A stretch of 64,000 nucleotides of DNA from Mytilus trossulus (Eukaryota): assembly GCF_036588685.1 (NCBI RefSeq), contig NC_086383.1, positions 17,298,001 to 17,362,000 of the forward strand. Direction: 5' to 3'. Position numbers and translations under genes: made by a program. The notes beneath the pieces were generated by a model, which saw only the letters and a list, made by a program, of their open reading frames with translations, was not told the DNA's origin and did not search any database. Shown one piece after another: positions 14,202 to 27,519 of this stretch. The stretch's first letter is position 1; each line of letters begins with the position of its first letter.

Positions 14202-17200
14202 ACTTACATGTTAATAGCCTTTCAAACCAAAGTATATATCTTAACAATCATCATACCCACTTAATCATCATTTATTCCAGTCGTAAAGAAACAAAAACAA
14301 GGAAAAAATATGTTTACTTTTATTTCAAGTTTTAAAACGATTAGTCATTGAAGTAGAATTAGCACTCCTCCCAAATGATTTTTTTTTAATGTTTATGTCC
14401 TTGGGAATACGAAACGGCTTTAATAATCAGATAGATAATTATTTCATATTGACCCGTTGATATATATGTTTCCAAATGGCATATTTAGCTGCAGGAATTT
14501 TCAAATTATTCATTTCACATTCTGACCGAGGTCAAGCTAACCACTGGTCATTTATCATGCCGTAACAATATATTAAAAATATACCATGGCTTTTTAGTGA
14601 AAGCAAAATTAACGATAACAATCTTCCCTCTACAACAATTTTGAGTAGTATTTTTTCTACATGGATGATTTTTCTCCCCTGGGAGCATATTTGGTCAGTG
14701 ATTGTCCATTTTGTTTCTTTTTTACCTGTTAAACTAACAGCCCGTTGGAAAAATTGTGTTATTAAAAAATAAAAAGTACCGAAGGGTCATGTTGGTCATG
14801 TAACATTTTGTTACCGATATATTTAAACGTGGGGACCAGTGTCACGCTCACAGCGGTACAAGTATATTTTAAGTATTTAAATAATGTTTTTAAGCAATTT
14901 AGCACATGGATGCTAGCATTATACAAAAAATGGTTTTAAATCAATAAAAAATAAATTTATATATAAAACTTGTTTTTGGCCATGGGTCATCTAAGTGTCA
15001 AGGGTGGATTTCTAGATGTCACAGTTGTGTTGGTTTTTTACGATATTTTTTATATCGTTAGTTAGATACATTAAATAGTTTTTGGAATGTAAATATACGT
15101 AAAGCTCTATGAACTTTTGGTAAGTGGAATGTACACTTTAAAAGATATAAACATTCTAAAATTAAAAACAAAAAAGGTAAAAGTTCAATAATGGGGGGAA
15201 GAAATGGTTATATTATGAGTAAGATTTTTTTGCAGATTTGATTTTTTGTTTGATTTTTTTTTTTTTTTTGGCAAACTTGATATTTTTGCTATATCATTTT
15301 CATAAGCTCATTCAGAGATTTTGGTTTTATAAATATCATATCAAAATTTAAATCCATAAATTTTAACAATTTTTTTCCTTTAATTAATTAAAAAAAATAG
15401 GTATTTAGGAACTTATATATATATATATATATATTTGAAATGGAAGTAAGACATTATTTACTAAATATTATTGGAAATATTAGTAAGACATTATTTACTA
15501 TCTAATAAAAATGTCAGATTTTAAAATCAGTGTTAATGAACAGCCAGCCAAATTTATGTTTTTTTAACATTTAAAAATCTAATTTTGAAAAACTGAGCCT
15601 GCCAAAATATTGTTTGACATCACTTGAAAATATCTAATATTAGAGTAGTGTAAATGGAACATGCTGGGTTGTTTTGTAGTTTTTTTTCTATTCTATAAAT
15701 AGACAAGAAAAAACGTGTACATTGATTTTTCTATCCAATCATACAAAATATTACTATTAGCTAGCCTTACACAATCATTTATTGATCCTTATTTATAACC
15801 AATAGACAATTTTCATATCACTGACTTTTTACTCCAGATTATATATTTTTTCAACTGGTTACTTTCACTGTGGTTATTTATTCTGGTAGCCTGTCAAGTA
15901 AGAGTAACTAAAATAAGTAAAATCAAGCTATTAAACAAAGGGTACAATTGGGATGAAATATTTTAAACTGTTTTCTGATGATTTTATTGCGTAATGAACA
16001 GTTAACTTGTCACCAAATTGTTCTGATTGTAAGCTTGATTTTACGTCTTTTAGTTGCTCTCACTTGACCGGGTAGCAGAATGTCCAACCACAGTGAAGTA
16101 ACCAGTCCAAAAATAGAGTTTCTGTCCTCCTTTACTATTTGTTTCAACAATTGATCACTTTTTAAATAAGTCAAAATCATAACTAGATGACTGTGACCTA
16201 ATTATTCTGGTTCAGTAATTTTGTAAATAAATGTGCTTATGCATATGTATTAACAAAACTGATCAGTGTGCTACTCAAATTTAAAATTTGGTCTCATCTC
16301 AAATCTTTTAAAATGTTTTATAAGTTATTTAATTTTGTATATTTATTATTTTTTCTCAAAATAAGCATTTTACGTCTTTTCAAAATTATCACCTGTCACT
16401 TTGAAGAAAAAGGTCATTCTTAATATTGTTTTTTATGAATGAAAGAAAGTGTAAACTGTCTTGTTTGTTAACACTTATACTTGTATGTTTTAACTGTTTT
16501 TGATTCTCATAGAAAACTTATTGAATGGAAACCTTTATTTAAATTTAGACTCTAAATTGATTTAAAAGTCCACTCAAAAAAGTTACATAAGAAAAAACTT
16601 AAATACACATTTTTTCTCAAGGTTGACCAAGAAACTAGTGGGATCAATTGTACTTTAACGTCTGAATGCGTAACTACTTTTTGGTTCATTTGTCCATCGT
16701 AATTGGTTGGTCAAGGGACCAAAAAATGTGTCTAAATATTAGTTTTGTAAAATAAATAAAATTTCAATTCATTCTCAGTGAAGGTTTTTAATTGTTTGTT
16801 TAAGTATTTTTTTCTATATCATTTAATCTATCGGGAGTGACCATTCCGTTTTTTAACATGGGGAAAAACACATCTAATACGCTGAAGGTAAATTTTGTTT
16901 TTTTTGTTTTTTTACATTATTTGTATGATATATATGATACAATATGTTATTTAGGAACAATTTTTTGTTAGCTTTTTTTTTTGTATTTTTTATTTCAATA
17001 ATCCATTTATACCTCATTCTGTTTAATGTTAAGTTATTTAAAACTACATGTCCGGACATTTTTCAAGTACCCACCTAAAATTCCTAAACCTTGACCATTA
17101 GTGTTTTATTAGATACATTCTTTTGTTGTTTAGTATAAAATCCATTAAAAACATCATCGGAAAACCTTTTTATTCAATAATCCAAAATATTTATACGATA

Positions 17201-18799
17201 AATTCTCTTTGATTTCTGTCACAGAAGGCTTAAGAAATAAGAAAACACCTAAGCAATGTATATGAAATCAACAAAAAAGTTTTTCATCAACAAAAGTATA
17301 ATTTAAAAGCTGATAAGAATTTTGGTCATGGTTACTTTTGACACAAACACTTCAATAAAATTTACAATAATAGACCTCAGATTTTCAAGTTATTATAAAC
17401 TTGTATAACTTTCTGTCCATTCGCATGAAAAATAAATTAAGCAGTTATAAATTACAATAATTTATAGATGGGAAACTTTATTTGTATTTGCCCGTAAAAA
17501 CTTTTAAGTATAAAACTTTACCTATGTTGACTCTAGATAACACTTATCATTGAATTTTTGATCGCTGTGGAAAGGTGCGACTCGCTGGCTATCTGTTTAA
17601 ATGACCGATTTACTGCAAATACCTAGTGATTAGTAAAATACTATATAATACCTACAAAAAATGGCTAAGGCATGTGATCTCAATTTTTATACGCCGCTTT
17701 TCTCTTCAATATCGGCAAAAAGAAAAAAAGGTTGATAGGCTGATTAACCAGTTTCCGCTACTAAAACTTGTTTTGGTTTTTAATTAAACCTCTTTGTGAA
17801 AAGTAATAATATAAAATCCAAACAAACAACATTTCTTATTTTACTATAAGTTCAGTTTAGTTAAGGGGAGACTACCCATATGAGTTTTTACACTAGATTG
17901 AATTTAGCCTCTGATTCCCATAAGTTTTTAAACAAGATATTTTGAGCTCTCTTCTTACTGTTCTATAAGTTCCTCAGAATGAAAAATAAGGCTCTAGATG
18001 TGATTAACTTTTTATTAAAAAACGAAATTCTGGTCAAATGCTAAAACAAAATGTACATATAATTTTTTTTCATCAATTATTATCTAATTTTATGGATAAA
18101 AAAGAGTTTCTATAAAAATACGTTGTAAGAATTAATACTGTTTGTTTTCGTATTTTTCAACAATGGTCATTTGGATATAACGTGAGATAAAAAGGTAAAC
18201 TGCTTTGTTTTGATTATGTACATACTAAAAGCATGCCGTAATTGGTTTTACAAATGTAAATATTTTGTTGCCTGAATTGATTTTTTCATAGTACGGCTGA
18301 ACTTTAGTCTTTTAGCTCTGACGTACTGAAAACACTTTATTTGTACTGATTTCGTCACTAATACAGTTCTATAATGAATCATGAGGGGTATAGTATGGGG
18401 TTAAAGTTTGTACAAAACTTTTTTATAAAACTATTTGATTGATCCAATTTAAGAAAACGGAATATACATGATATGATGTCATGTGATACTATAGAAATAA
18501 AAAATTGACATCTTACTTTATTTAGCATTCAATATATCACAACAATGGTAAGATTGTTTTTGTGTTGCCTCTAATTATATGCAAAAAGTGCACTTTTTTT
18601 AAAATATAGATACAATTAGAATTTGTTAGCGCCACAACATCAGAAGGGAGAAAATCCTTGAAATCAGTTTATTGAATGACTTGAAAATAAAAAAATTCAA
18701 TTCATATTCATAGGCAGCTATTTGCTTATGTTATTGAATGTTCATATTGTACATATACTATCCTACCCATTCTAATGGTTGACATTTATCTTTTTATAG

Positions 18800-19014
18800 G
18801 AAGAACCCAAGCTGATTTCGAGAATCATATGACTTGCCATTTTGAACATATTTGTCCCCACTGTGATTACAAGTCTAGAACAGAAGGCCGACTTAAGAGA
18901 CATATTAAAGATTTTCACACAGACGACCCACCAGACGGATTCGGTTCCAAAAGGAACATGGGCAGACCTAAAGTCTTCAGATGTAAACAATGTGAATTTG
19001 TTGCCACTGAAAAA
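18800..19014 (+). CDS. hb: hunchback coding exon 3 (end of finger 1, finger 2, start of finger 3)
   Basis: Acceptor tttttatAG at 18798-18799, phase 1 matching exon 2. Encodes GRTQADFENHMTCHFEHICPHCDYKSRTEGRLKRHIKDFH...FRCKQCEFVATEK; donor GTAAGT at 19015 (phase 0). Confidence 0.93.
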
Positions 19015-19532
19015 GTAAGTTTGGGAATTAAATAAGAATTGCACTAGGCAAATACTGGCTTGAATTTGTAATTCACTTGGAACCAACAAAAAATTGCATT
19101 TTATGAATGTAGCAAAAGTTATATTTGCATGAAAAACAATTTATAAAAGAAAAAGTAGATTGCCGTTGTTCAAAAGTCATAAATCATTTGAGAGAAAACA
19201 AATCTTGGTTACAAACTAAAACTAAGGGTAACACATCAACTATTAGAGGAAAACATTGGAACAACAGAAACACTGACAAACTGTAGCCAAAACAAGAAAA
19301 TATAGCAAAACATAATGAATGCATGATAGTTAATGCTATTTTAAAAAGCATGTCCTAGTAGTACACAATTATCTATTTTATATGTAAAAACAAAAAAGAG
19401 ATCTTAAAATAAACGTATGTGTCAGATTCTCTTGAAGGGTAAGCATTATACTGCAGCTTAGAAAATTATATAGTTCATATAATCTGTAAATCGATACATA
19501 TTTATATTTATGTATTTTCTTTTTTTTTTCAG

Positions 19533-21623
19533 ACTGAATTCTGGGCTCATGCTAGAGCTCACATTAAAGATGATAAAGTATTACAATGTCCACGATGTCC
19601 GTTTGTTACCGAGTATAAGCATCATTTGGAGTATCATCTTCGTAACCATTTTGGCTCAAAGCCATTCAAGTGTAACAAATGTAACTACTCATGCGTAAAC
19701 AAGTCTATGCTCAACAGCCACATGAAGTCACACACCAATGTGTATCAGTACCGATGTGCCGATTGTACGTATGCCACAAAATACTGCCACAGCCTCAAAC
19801 TTCATCTCCGTAAATATCAGCATAAACCTGCCACTGTTTTGAACTCCGATGGAAGTCTACCTCAAGGAATTGATGCTGATGCATCCGGTCTGTCATTACT
19901 TCAAAAGAGAGGTCCACCAAGAGGACCAAGAGGTCCTAGAAAGGATAAATTTGATCCGTATATGAACAGCATGTTTAATCTACCTCAGTCCCCCATTCAT
20001 GGAATGCCACCTGGAATGGGCGGAGCAATGATGTCGCCATATTGGCCATTACTCAGTCAGCTTCCGAACGGATTCCACCGCCCACCACCTCTAATTCCAA
20101 CCTCGTCACCAATGTCAATGAATCCATCAATCCATTCCCCTCAGCTACCTCAACATTTATCCTCCAAAATGGGAGCACCGAAAACTCCCGATGGAGACAA
20201 TTCTAGCAATTATCCATTTAAGTGCAATTTCTGTTGCTATGGAACCGGCAGTAAACAGGAACTATATAAACATTTAATGAAAGTTCACGCAACTGAAAAC
20301 CAGGACTTATTTTCCATGTTTGGCTTGTCCTCCGAAGCTTTACTAGAGGAACAGAACCGTAGACTCAGCCTGATGAAGCACAAAATGGAGGAGAGAAACT
20401 TAGATGATAGCTTGAATGATGAGCTTCATATACACACAGATGGTGAAGACGAGGACCAGAAATATAGTCCACATTCCTGGTCTCATCCATCACCCATTGA
20501 ACCAGCCAAGATAAATCGGAATAATGGCCGATACAGTATGCCAGAGTTGCCTGTGAATTATTACAGAAATGGAAATGCTAGTCCCAAAGATATTGGTCGG
20601 GCCGAAGGAGAAGATATCATTAAACAAATGATGAATAAATTCGGAGCTGGTTCACCCATGAATGCTGCTAGACCCAAAATGCCTCATCAACGTGAAAGCC
20701 CTCTTGACCTTACAAAGCGTAAATATCCATTCTCATCTAGTCCATTATCTCAGGAAGAAATGTACAACAGAGAAATGAATCCTGATGGTGACGCTCATTC
20801 AAGCGGGGAGAGCACAACAGCTAATGATAACAATGGCCAGAGTCCAAGAAAGAGGTCCAGAAAAGGAAAAGCTTTCAAATTAGATAGACTTTGTCTAAAA
20901 TTGCATGATAAACATGATGATGCTGAAAATGGGAGTGAAAATGAAGAGTCTGAGTTTTTAGAGAGTGAGTCTGCAGGAGACCTTCAGATTGATGAATCCA
21001 GCAACATGGATGGAGAGATGAGAAATGTAGATGAAAGAAATGAAACTGATGAAAATGGCAAAAAAGATGATGATATTGAGGAAATTAAAAATAGCCTTCA
21101 GTACCTTAATGAAGGTATGGTTAAGTCCCAAGTAGAAAAGGCACCAGAGAGAAAGTCACCCGATTCTACCAGAAATCAAAGTGGCGATGAGGTTGCTTCA
21201 AGTCAGGCTATAACTAGTAGCCAAGATGTTATTTCGTCTGCCAATCGGGAACAGGCAGAGCTGTCAATGCAGACGTCACAAGCGTTGAGACATCAAACTG
21301 AACTTGCCTGGAAGATGTTACAAAATAGTGGCAGTGGTGGACATTTTCCTTACATGTCACTGGAGCAGAATGGTCATCATCAGGATTTGGCCAAGTTAAC
21401 CACTGCGGCACAACAGATGATAGCAATGAACAATCGTAAAAGTGGACCAAACGGGAAGTATGAATGTGCCTATTGTGAAATCGCATTTAAAGACTGTGTC
21501 ATGTACACAATGCACATGGGTTACCATGGTTACAAAGATCCATTTAAGTGTAATATGTGTGGACATTGCAGCAAGGACAAAGTTGAATTCTTCCTTCATA
21601 TTGCTCGTGCCGCTCACAATTAA
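19533..21623 (+). CDS. hb: hunchback coding exon 4 (central fingers, extra finger, C-terminal finger pair)
   Basis: Acceptor poly-T-cAG at 19531-19532, in frame with ORF 19626-21623. Hunchback signatures [76 protein letters not shown] and the terminal [18 protein letters not shown]...[10 protein letters not shown]. Confidence 0.97.
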   Translation, partial: TEFWAHARAHIKDDKVLQCPRCPFVTEYKHHLEYHLRNHFGSKPFKCNKCNYSCVNKSMLNSHMKSHTNVYQYRCADCTYATKYCHSLKLHLRKYQHKPATVLNSDGSLPQGIDADASGLSLLQKRGPPRGPRGPRKDKFDPYMNSMFNLPQSPIHGMPPGMGGAMMSPYWPLLSQLPNGFHRPPPLIPTSSPMSMNPSIHSPQLPQHLSSKMGAPKTPDGDNSSNYPFKCNFCCYGTGSKQELYKHLMKVHATENQDLFSMFGLSSEALLEEQNRRLSLMKHKMEERNLDDSLNDELHIHTDGEDEDQKYSPHSWSHPSPIEPAKINRNNGRYSMPELPVNYYRNGNASPKDIGRAEGEDIIKQMMNKFGAGSPMNAARPKMPHQRESPLDLTKRKYPFSSSPLSQEEMYNREMNPDGDAHSSGESTTANDNNGQSPRKRSRKGKAFKLDRLCLKLHDKHDDAENGSENEESEFLESESAGDLQIDESSNMDGEMRNVDERNETDENGKKDDDIEEIKNSLQYLNEGMVKSQVEKAPERKSPDSTRNQSGDEVASSQAITSSQDVISSANREQAELSMQTSQALRHQTELAWKMLQNSGSGGHFPYMSLEQNGHHQDLAKLTTAAQQMIAMNNRKSGPNGKYECAYCEIAFKDCVMYTMHMGYHGYKDPFKCNMCGHCSKDKVEFFLHIARAAHN

Positions 21624-22722
21624 AGACAAAATGGCTGTTTGTGTAAAAACATTTTTTGCATGATGACATTTTTTTAACATTTTTGCAGACTTCATAACTA
21701 TTAGTGATATATAGACAAAAAATGGATATTTAAATGTTGTCTTAGGTCAAAGATTTGACCTTGTTATTGACATTTGCATTCCCAGATATTGTTTTGGCAG
21801 CATTACATCCAAGTTGTTAATACTAGTCATATAGATTGTAGATTTGTGTAAGGGAGATGATTTGTATTGTATTTATACTCCTTTTATATGTATTTTTGTG
21901 TTTTGGGTGGGTGGGATTCTTTAAAAGTACATTCATTATGGCATAGATAAATGTCCTCTGCAAGGTTGATATTTCTTTTTTCCATCATTTTTTTTAATAA
22001 AAAAGATTTGATAAATGATTGTGAAACTATCCAATTGTTCAACATCTACAAAAATACTGTTAAATAATATTATTTTGGGTGAACTTCATACAAATTTTTT
22101 TTTGCTATTTGGAAAATTTAATGAAATGATAAGATTTTTTGGGTTTTTTTTTTTTTTTTTCTATTCTGAAAAAAGTGCTCCTTTGAAGGAGGGAATTCTT
22201 TATACAGATACAGATATAGAAACTTTGTAAATAGTACACAACTAGTGCTCTCCAAGCAGACATTGTTAGTGTTATATATTTTTTGTTGTTGTATACAATG
22301 TGTCTACATCTTCAAGTTATTATGAGTTATGATATTAAATGTTGATTTAATGAATTTTAAGTTTTTTTGTGAATGATTATTTATTGAAATCCAAATGAGT
22401 AACATCTACAAAAAATTGTATTTTTTAAAAGAATACTTTGGAGATAAATATAGCATAGCATTTGGTTTTGATTATTTTAAAATTGGAGAAGAAAGGATAT
22501 TTACCTTCAATATTTTTTCTAAAAAAACTGCCCATAAGTTTAATTTTGACTTTACGGCAATTAAAAAAGAAAAATGGAAAGGGGAGGTAATTATATGTTT
22601 AGATTATTCAGGGGTGGATAACTCTTGATAATTTTAAGATTATTTTTGTAAAATAAGCCAGAAAATATATATGATTTGTTGTATTGTGTATGCATGTTGT
22701 AAGTAATATTATTGTTTAAAAT

Positions 22723-23912
22723 CTCAGGGAACATTATTATAAACAATTTTAATGCCATTATTTGCCAGAATTTGAGGTGCATCTGGGAAAGTTGTAATAA
22801 ATTTCTGGTACACTCAATGTGCATAGAAATTCGATCATTAAAATTAATTTTCCCTTAGTTACCTCAGATTAAATTTCATGTTCAGCATGTTATTTGCATA
22901 GATGAAATGTATATATGACAGATATTTTACAGGAAAACTTTTTTTTCTTTTTTTAATTCATCACTGCTAGTTGAGCACTTTTTATAACAATTTTCACTTT
23001 TTGCATTTTTAACAGTCGGGTGCTTTGCATTTGTAGTGCTATACATTTTTCATTTTTTGAGCGACTTTCATATAGAACACTTTCCCAATCTGATTATTAC
23101 CATTCTTTTCTCTATAAAAATGGATAATTGGGAAGTGAAGAAGGCATTTTTTTCAAAAAAGGGGATTAATTTTACAAAAGATCTTCTAACTTAAAAAATC
23201 TAATCATACTGAAATTTGTAACTACGCAGATGAAGACACAAATTTTGAATACGCATTTTGAACTGTTCATTTCTACATAACTTTTGATTGCAACGGTTCA
23301 GCCTATATTTTCAACCAGAAAGAATCATTTTAATATAAAGAATGAAATAGATATATAACAAATGATTTGATTGGGGTAAAGAATTCAAATGATAACTACC
23401 AAAGTCTATAAATAGATCTCAGGTTTCTAGTATTTGTTCATTCCCACACTGAGCTATAAGTGAAAAATATTCCAAGTTACTTTTGAAAAAAGAATGAAAT
23501 CCTAAATAGAATGATGCTCAATAATTACTACATGTTTTTTTTTAATGTGCAATTAATTAGATTAGTATAATATATTTAGTGAAAATAGAATAGTTATTTA
23601 ATTGGGTCATCTCAAAGCTACTAAAGCCATCTAAAGACAGGTAGTTTTATCACTCCTGCAAATCCCATGAGCAGTTTCTAAAAAAAAATCTTATTCAAAC
23701 GTAAACTTTAGCCTGAGATGATCAATCAAGCACAATTCAGGATTTTTGAGATGACCCTCTGATTAGTTAGATATATACACATTAAAATGACGGAATTCCA
23801 GTGAGGAAAAATTTAAAACTGTACTGATACGTCCTGATCACATCCTCATTGATTTAATTCAGGAATATATTAGACGACAGTATGTTATATATACCTCAGT
23901 CAAACTACCTCA
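22723..23912 (+). promoter_or_regulatory. miRNA seed sites in the putative hb 3' UTR (miR-125/lin-4 8mer; let-7 7mer-A1 x2 and 8mer)
   Basis: CTCAGGGA 22723-22730; TACCTCA 22860-22866 and 23892-23898; CTACCTCA 23905-23912. UTR extent is not known; AATAAA candidates near 23923 and 24861. Confidence 0.6.
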
Positions 23913-23959
23913 GATTTGTACAAATAAAACAGCATCTTACAGATTCTAGATACATGATA

Positions 23960-24172
23960 TACTGTGGGTTCATTTATTTTCTTTGGTATCAATTTTCGTG
24001 GATTGCTGAAAACTGGCATTGTCATGGATATTTGATTTCGTGGTTTTACCAATTTCTGTATTCAAAGCCTATTTCAAATATGTAATTCGTTGAACATTTG
24101 AGTTTGTGGTTCATCCCTACCCACGAAACCCACGAAAATTGGTATCCAACGAATTATAATGAATCTTTAGTA
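23960..24172. mobile_element. MITE with ~45-bp imperfect TIRs
   Basis: TACTGTGGGTTCAT...GGTATCAATTTTCGTGG mirrored by CCACGAAAATTGGTATCC...ATGAATCTTTAGTA. A decayed relative starts near 11322. Confidence 0.7.
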
Positions 24173-25547
24173 TATAATTCATTTTCATAGTAGTATTTGT
24201 AACATTGGAGAACTACAACCATCATGTATATGCATTGAAGAAAATCTACTCTGATTTCAATTGTCTTGTATACCTCTCTTAAATGGGCATTATTGTTTAT
24301 TTTCTGATCAATATAACATCATCCTTCATTTGAATGTCGTTTCTTAACACAAGATTATGAAATGAGATTTTAATAATGATTTTAATTTCTTTTGTTGCAC
24401 GATGAAATATATTTATAATTTTAACATAGAAAGAAATAATAGAAATTAATGGTCTTAGACTATGTCAATAGTTTAAGAATTATTTTGTTGTAATCAGATC
24501 TACAAATAATTTAAGAGAAAACATTTATAACCAAAATGTTAATCATCCATCTTCATTCTTCCTTTTATTCATGTTAAACTAAAATCTTGAACTTATTCAT
24601 TTTCCATTTTTGTTGAATTCAAGAAATCACATTACATTGTCTTGTTTATTTTTATATATATTTGCCATATTTTATTTATAATTTCATTAATCAAGCTTTG
24701 TCATTATAGATTAGTATTACACATTTTAATTAGTTTTAATCATTAATCAGTTTAGTTAATCATGATTACTGTGTTTAAGCAATGATTCCATTGTTAATTG
24801 TTTTGTGTTGATTATTGTTAGTGTAATTGCTGACTTGATGTTTAAGTTACATCCTATAAAAATAAAATTGTCAATCAACTGATATCTTCATTTATTATGT
24901 TTTCTGGTCTGTCCGTCTGTCTGTCCCTCTTCAGGTTAAAGTTTTTGGTTGAGGTAGTTTTTGTTGAAGTTGAAGTCCAATCTACTTGACATTTAGTACA
25001 CATTTTCCATATTATATGATCTTTCTAATTATAATGCCAAATTAGAGTTTTTAACCCTTTTCACGGTCCCACACTTAACATAGAAAATTGTAGTGTGGAT
25101 GGTGCATCTGTGTACTACGGACACATTCTTGTTTTGTTATTGATAATGTCATGGCATCATCACACTTTGGAGCAGTATCTGCTTACCCTTCCGGAGCACA
25201 TGAAATCACCATCAATTTTTAGTGTTACTGTTGTACCCCTATTTGTGACATTTTACCTATTCTGTTTGTTTTGTTCAAACATCGTTGTCAATATAATGGA
25301 ATTTGATGCAACGGTCATTCAAGTGAGAGGTTTAGGGCTTTAAAACCAGGTTTAATCCACCATTTTCTACATAAGAAAAAGAACATGTCTGAACCAAGTC
25401 AGGAATACGACAGTTGTTATCCATTCATTTGATGTGTTTGAGATTTTTATTATGCCGTTTAATTAGGGACATTCTGTTTTGAATTTTCCACTTCCACAAA
25501 GTTCAGTATTTTTGTGATTTAACTTTTTTTGTTTATAACCTAAACAA

Positions 25548-25630
25548 CTCTTAGGTCGTCTTTGCAGCCTCTTAGGTCGTCTTTGCAGCCTCTTAGGTCG
25601 TCTTTGCAGCCTCTTAGGTCGTCTTTGCAG
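25548..25630. repeat. 21-bp tandem repeat x4
   Basis: CTCTTAGGTCGTCTTTGCAGC repeated four times, followed by decayed copies. Confidence 0.95.
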
Positions 25631-26489
25631 TGTCACATATTTTTTATTCCTACTGACAATCACTCTTAGATCGTCATTTTATCCTCACACTTTTTTATTA
25701 ATAATATCGACAGGGCTTAGGTTGATGCTTCATTCTCACACTTTTTTATTCTTAATGTCAATAACTTTACGTTTGTCTTTGCTTCCTGACTTTTTTTTTA
25801 AATGTCAACAACTTCAAGTGATGTATCTTGGCATTCTCACACAGTGTATTAAAAAAAATATTAAATCTTTATTTTAATATGAAAAACAACTAGAAAAAGG
25901 ATGGGAACATCTTACACGTAACAACAGATTGGCTGTGTGTAACATAGAATACCATAGCATAGAACGATATAAACGAAGGATTAATGAAAAAAACCAATGA
26001 TAATAACAATATAAAAATAAGAAGATCTGTGAAAGCTGCCAGTGAGACAACTAACCACCATATCAAGAAAACAAACATTATAGAAGTTTGCAATTGCAGG
26101 TCACTGTGGGATTTCAGCAATACTAATTATTAAAACCCATACATACAGCCATAGGATGCTATTAAAGTTCAAACAATGAAAAATGTTTAACAACTCAAAC
26201 AAGAAAAACTAATGGCCACATGTTAATGTACAAAAAAATATCCAAACAAAATATGACAAATAGCAAAAAAATGGCATCCATTGAATTACAGGCTCTTGTC
26301 TTGGGACTGGCAAAATATGATATACAGCGATACAATTACAGGATCATGACTTTTTGTTACTGGCTATGAATCAAAAGAACAGTATTGTAATTTAAATTTG
26401 TACATGTAGTGAATCTCAGTTTAGTAACAATCAGATCACACATCCTTTATCAATTAAAGTATTAATTGATTGGTTGGTTGGTTGATGTT

Positions 26490-27320
26490 GTCTGCTTGAT
26501 GTCTAACGGCGAATATTTCATGCATATTTAAGATGAGAACAAGCACAGAACTTAATTAATTAATGTTTGCATGTAATAATCTCAATTTGTCAACAAAAAG
26601 AACAAACATCTTGTATTTCTTTATGTCCAGTGGCAAATAGTTGATACAATACACTTTCAAGCAGAGAAGAAAACAGTAATAACTGTTTACATGTAATGAA
26701 ACTATATAGTAAGTTTATCAACAATAAGAAAACAAAATCATCTGGAATGATTGATTGTTATTTGCTTAATGTCCATTGGCAAACATTGCATGCATGTTTA
26801 AGACGAGAACAAGTACACTAATTGATGTTTATTTTGAGTAGTACTCAATTTATCACCAATAAGAACAAATAGTGTATCAATCAAAGGATCGATTTGGGAT
26901 TGCTTTATTTCCAGTGACAAATATTTCATAAATGTTCAAGACGAGAAAACGTACAGTTTACATGTAGCAAAACTCAATTTATCAACAATAAGAACGAACA
27001 TCTTGTAAAAATCAAAGGATCGATTGCGGTTTGCTCCATTTTCAGTGGAAAATAGTTGATGTATGTTCAAGACGAGAAAACGTACAGTTTACATGTAGCA
27101 AAACTCAATTTATCAACAATAAGAACTAACATCTTGTATAAATCAAAGGATCGATTTAGGTTTGCTTTATGTCCAGTAGAAAATATTCGATGCATTTTCA
27201 AGACGAGAAAACGTACAGTTTACATGTAGCAAAACTCAATTTATCAACAATAAGAACGAACATCCAGGTTTGCTTTATGTCCAGTAGCAAATATTTAATG
27301 CAATTTTAAGAGCAGAACAA
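26490..27320. repeat. ~131-bp tandem repeat (~6 copies, 3 well conserved)
   Basis: ACGAGAAAACGTACAGTTTACATGTAGC recurs at 26941, 27072 and 27203; diverged copies lie upstream. Confidence 0.85.
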
Positions 27321-27519
27321 ATGAAATGTAGGTCTTTGAAGCAAATGTTTATGACAGAAAAAAAACTCTCACCTCTCTGCAAGCATACGACGTCCCCTAG
27401 CAATGACGAGTGGAATTATTTGCAGAAAAAATTCGGATATATATAGACTTTGTAAAATGTAACCCCGCCAAATTAAACTACTCTTTTAAGTTGTATGTAA
27501 AAAATATGTGGATGTATCG

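Noticed and set aside
1700-18200. Frequent GGTCA/TGACC nuclear-receptor half-sites in hb introns
   Set aside because: Seems common by eye, but enrichment cannot be shown without counting against background.
19626-19628. ORF-track start of the 665-aa hb ORF
   Set aside because: It is a TTG in the middle of a zinc finger; the exon starts at the acceptor at 19533.
21229-21695. Antisense and alternative-frame ORFs over the hb 3' end
   Set aside because: Short shadow frames of a real coding exon.
25463-25663. ORF with LQRRPKR repeats
   Set aside because: Translation of the 21-bp tandem repeat.
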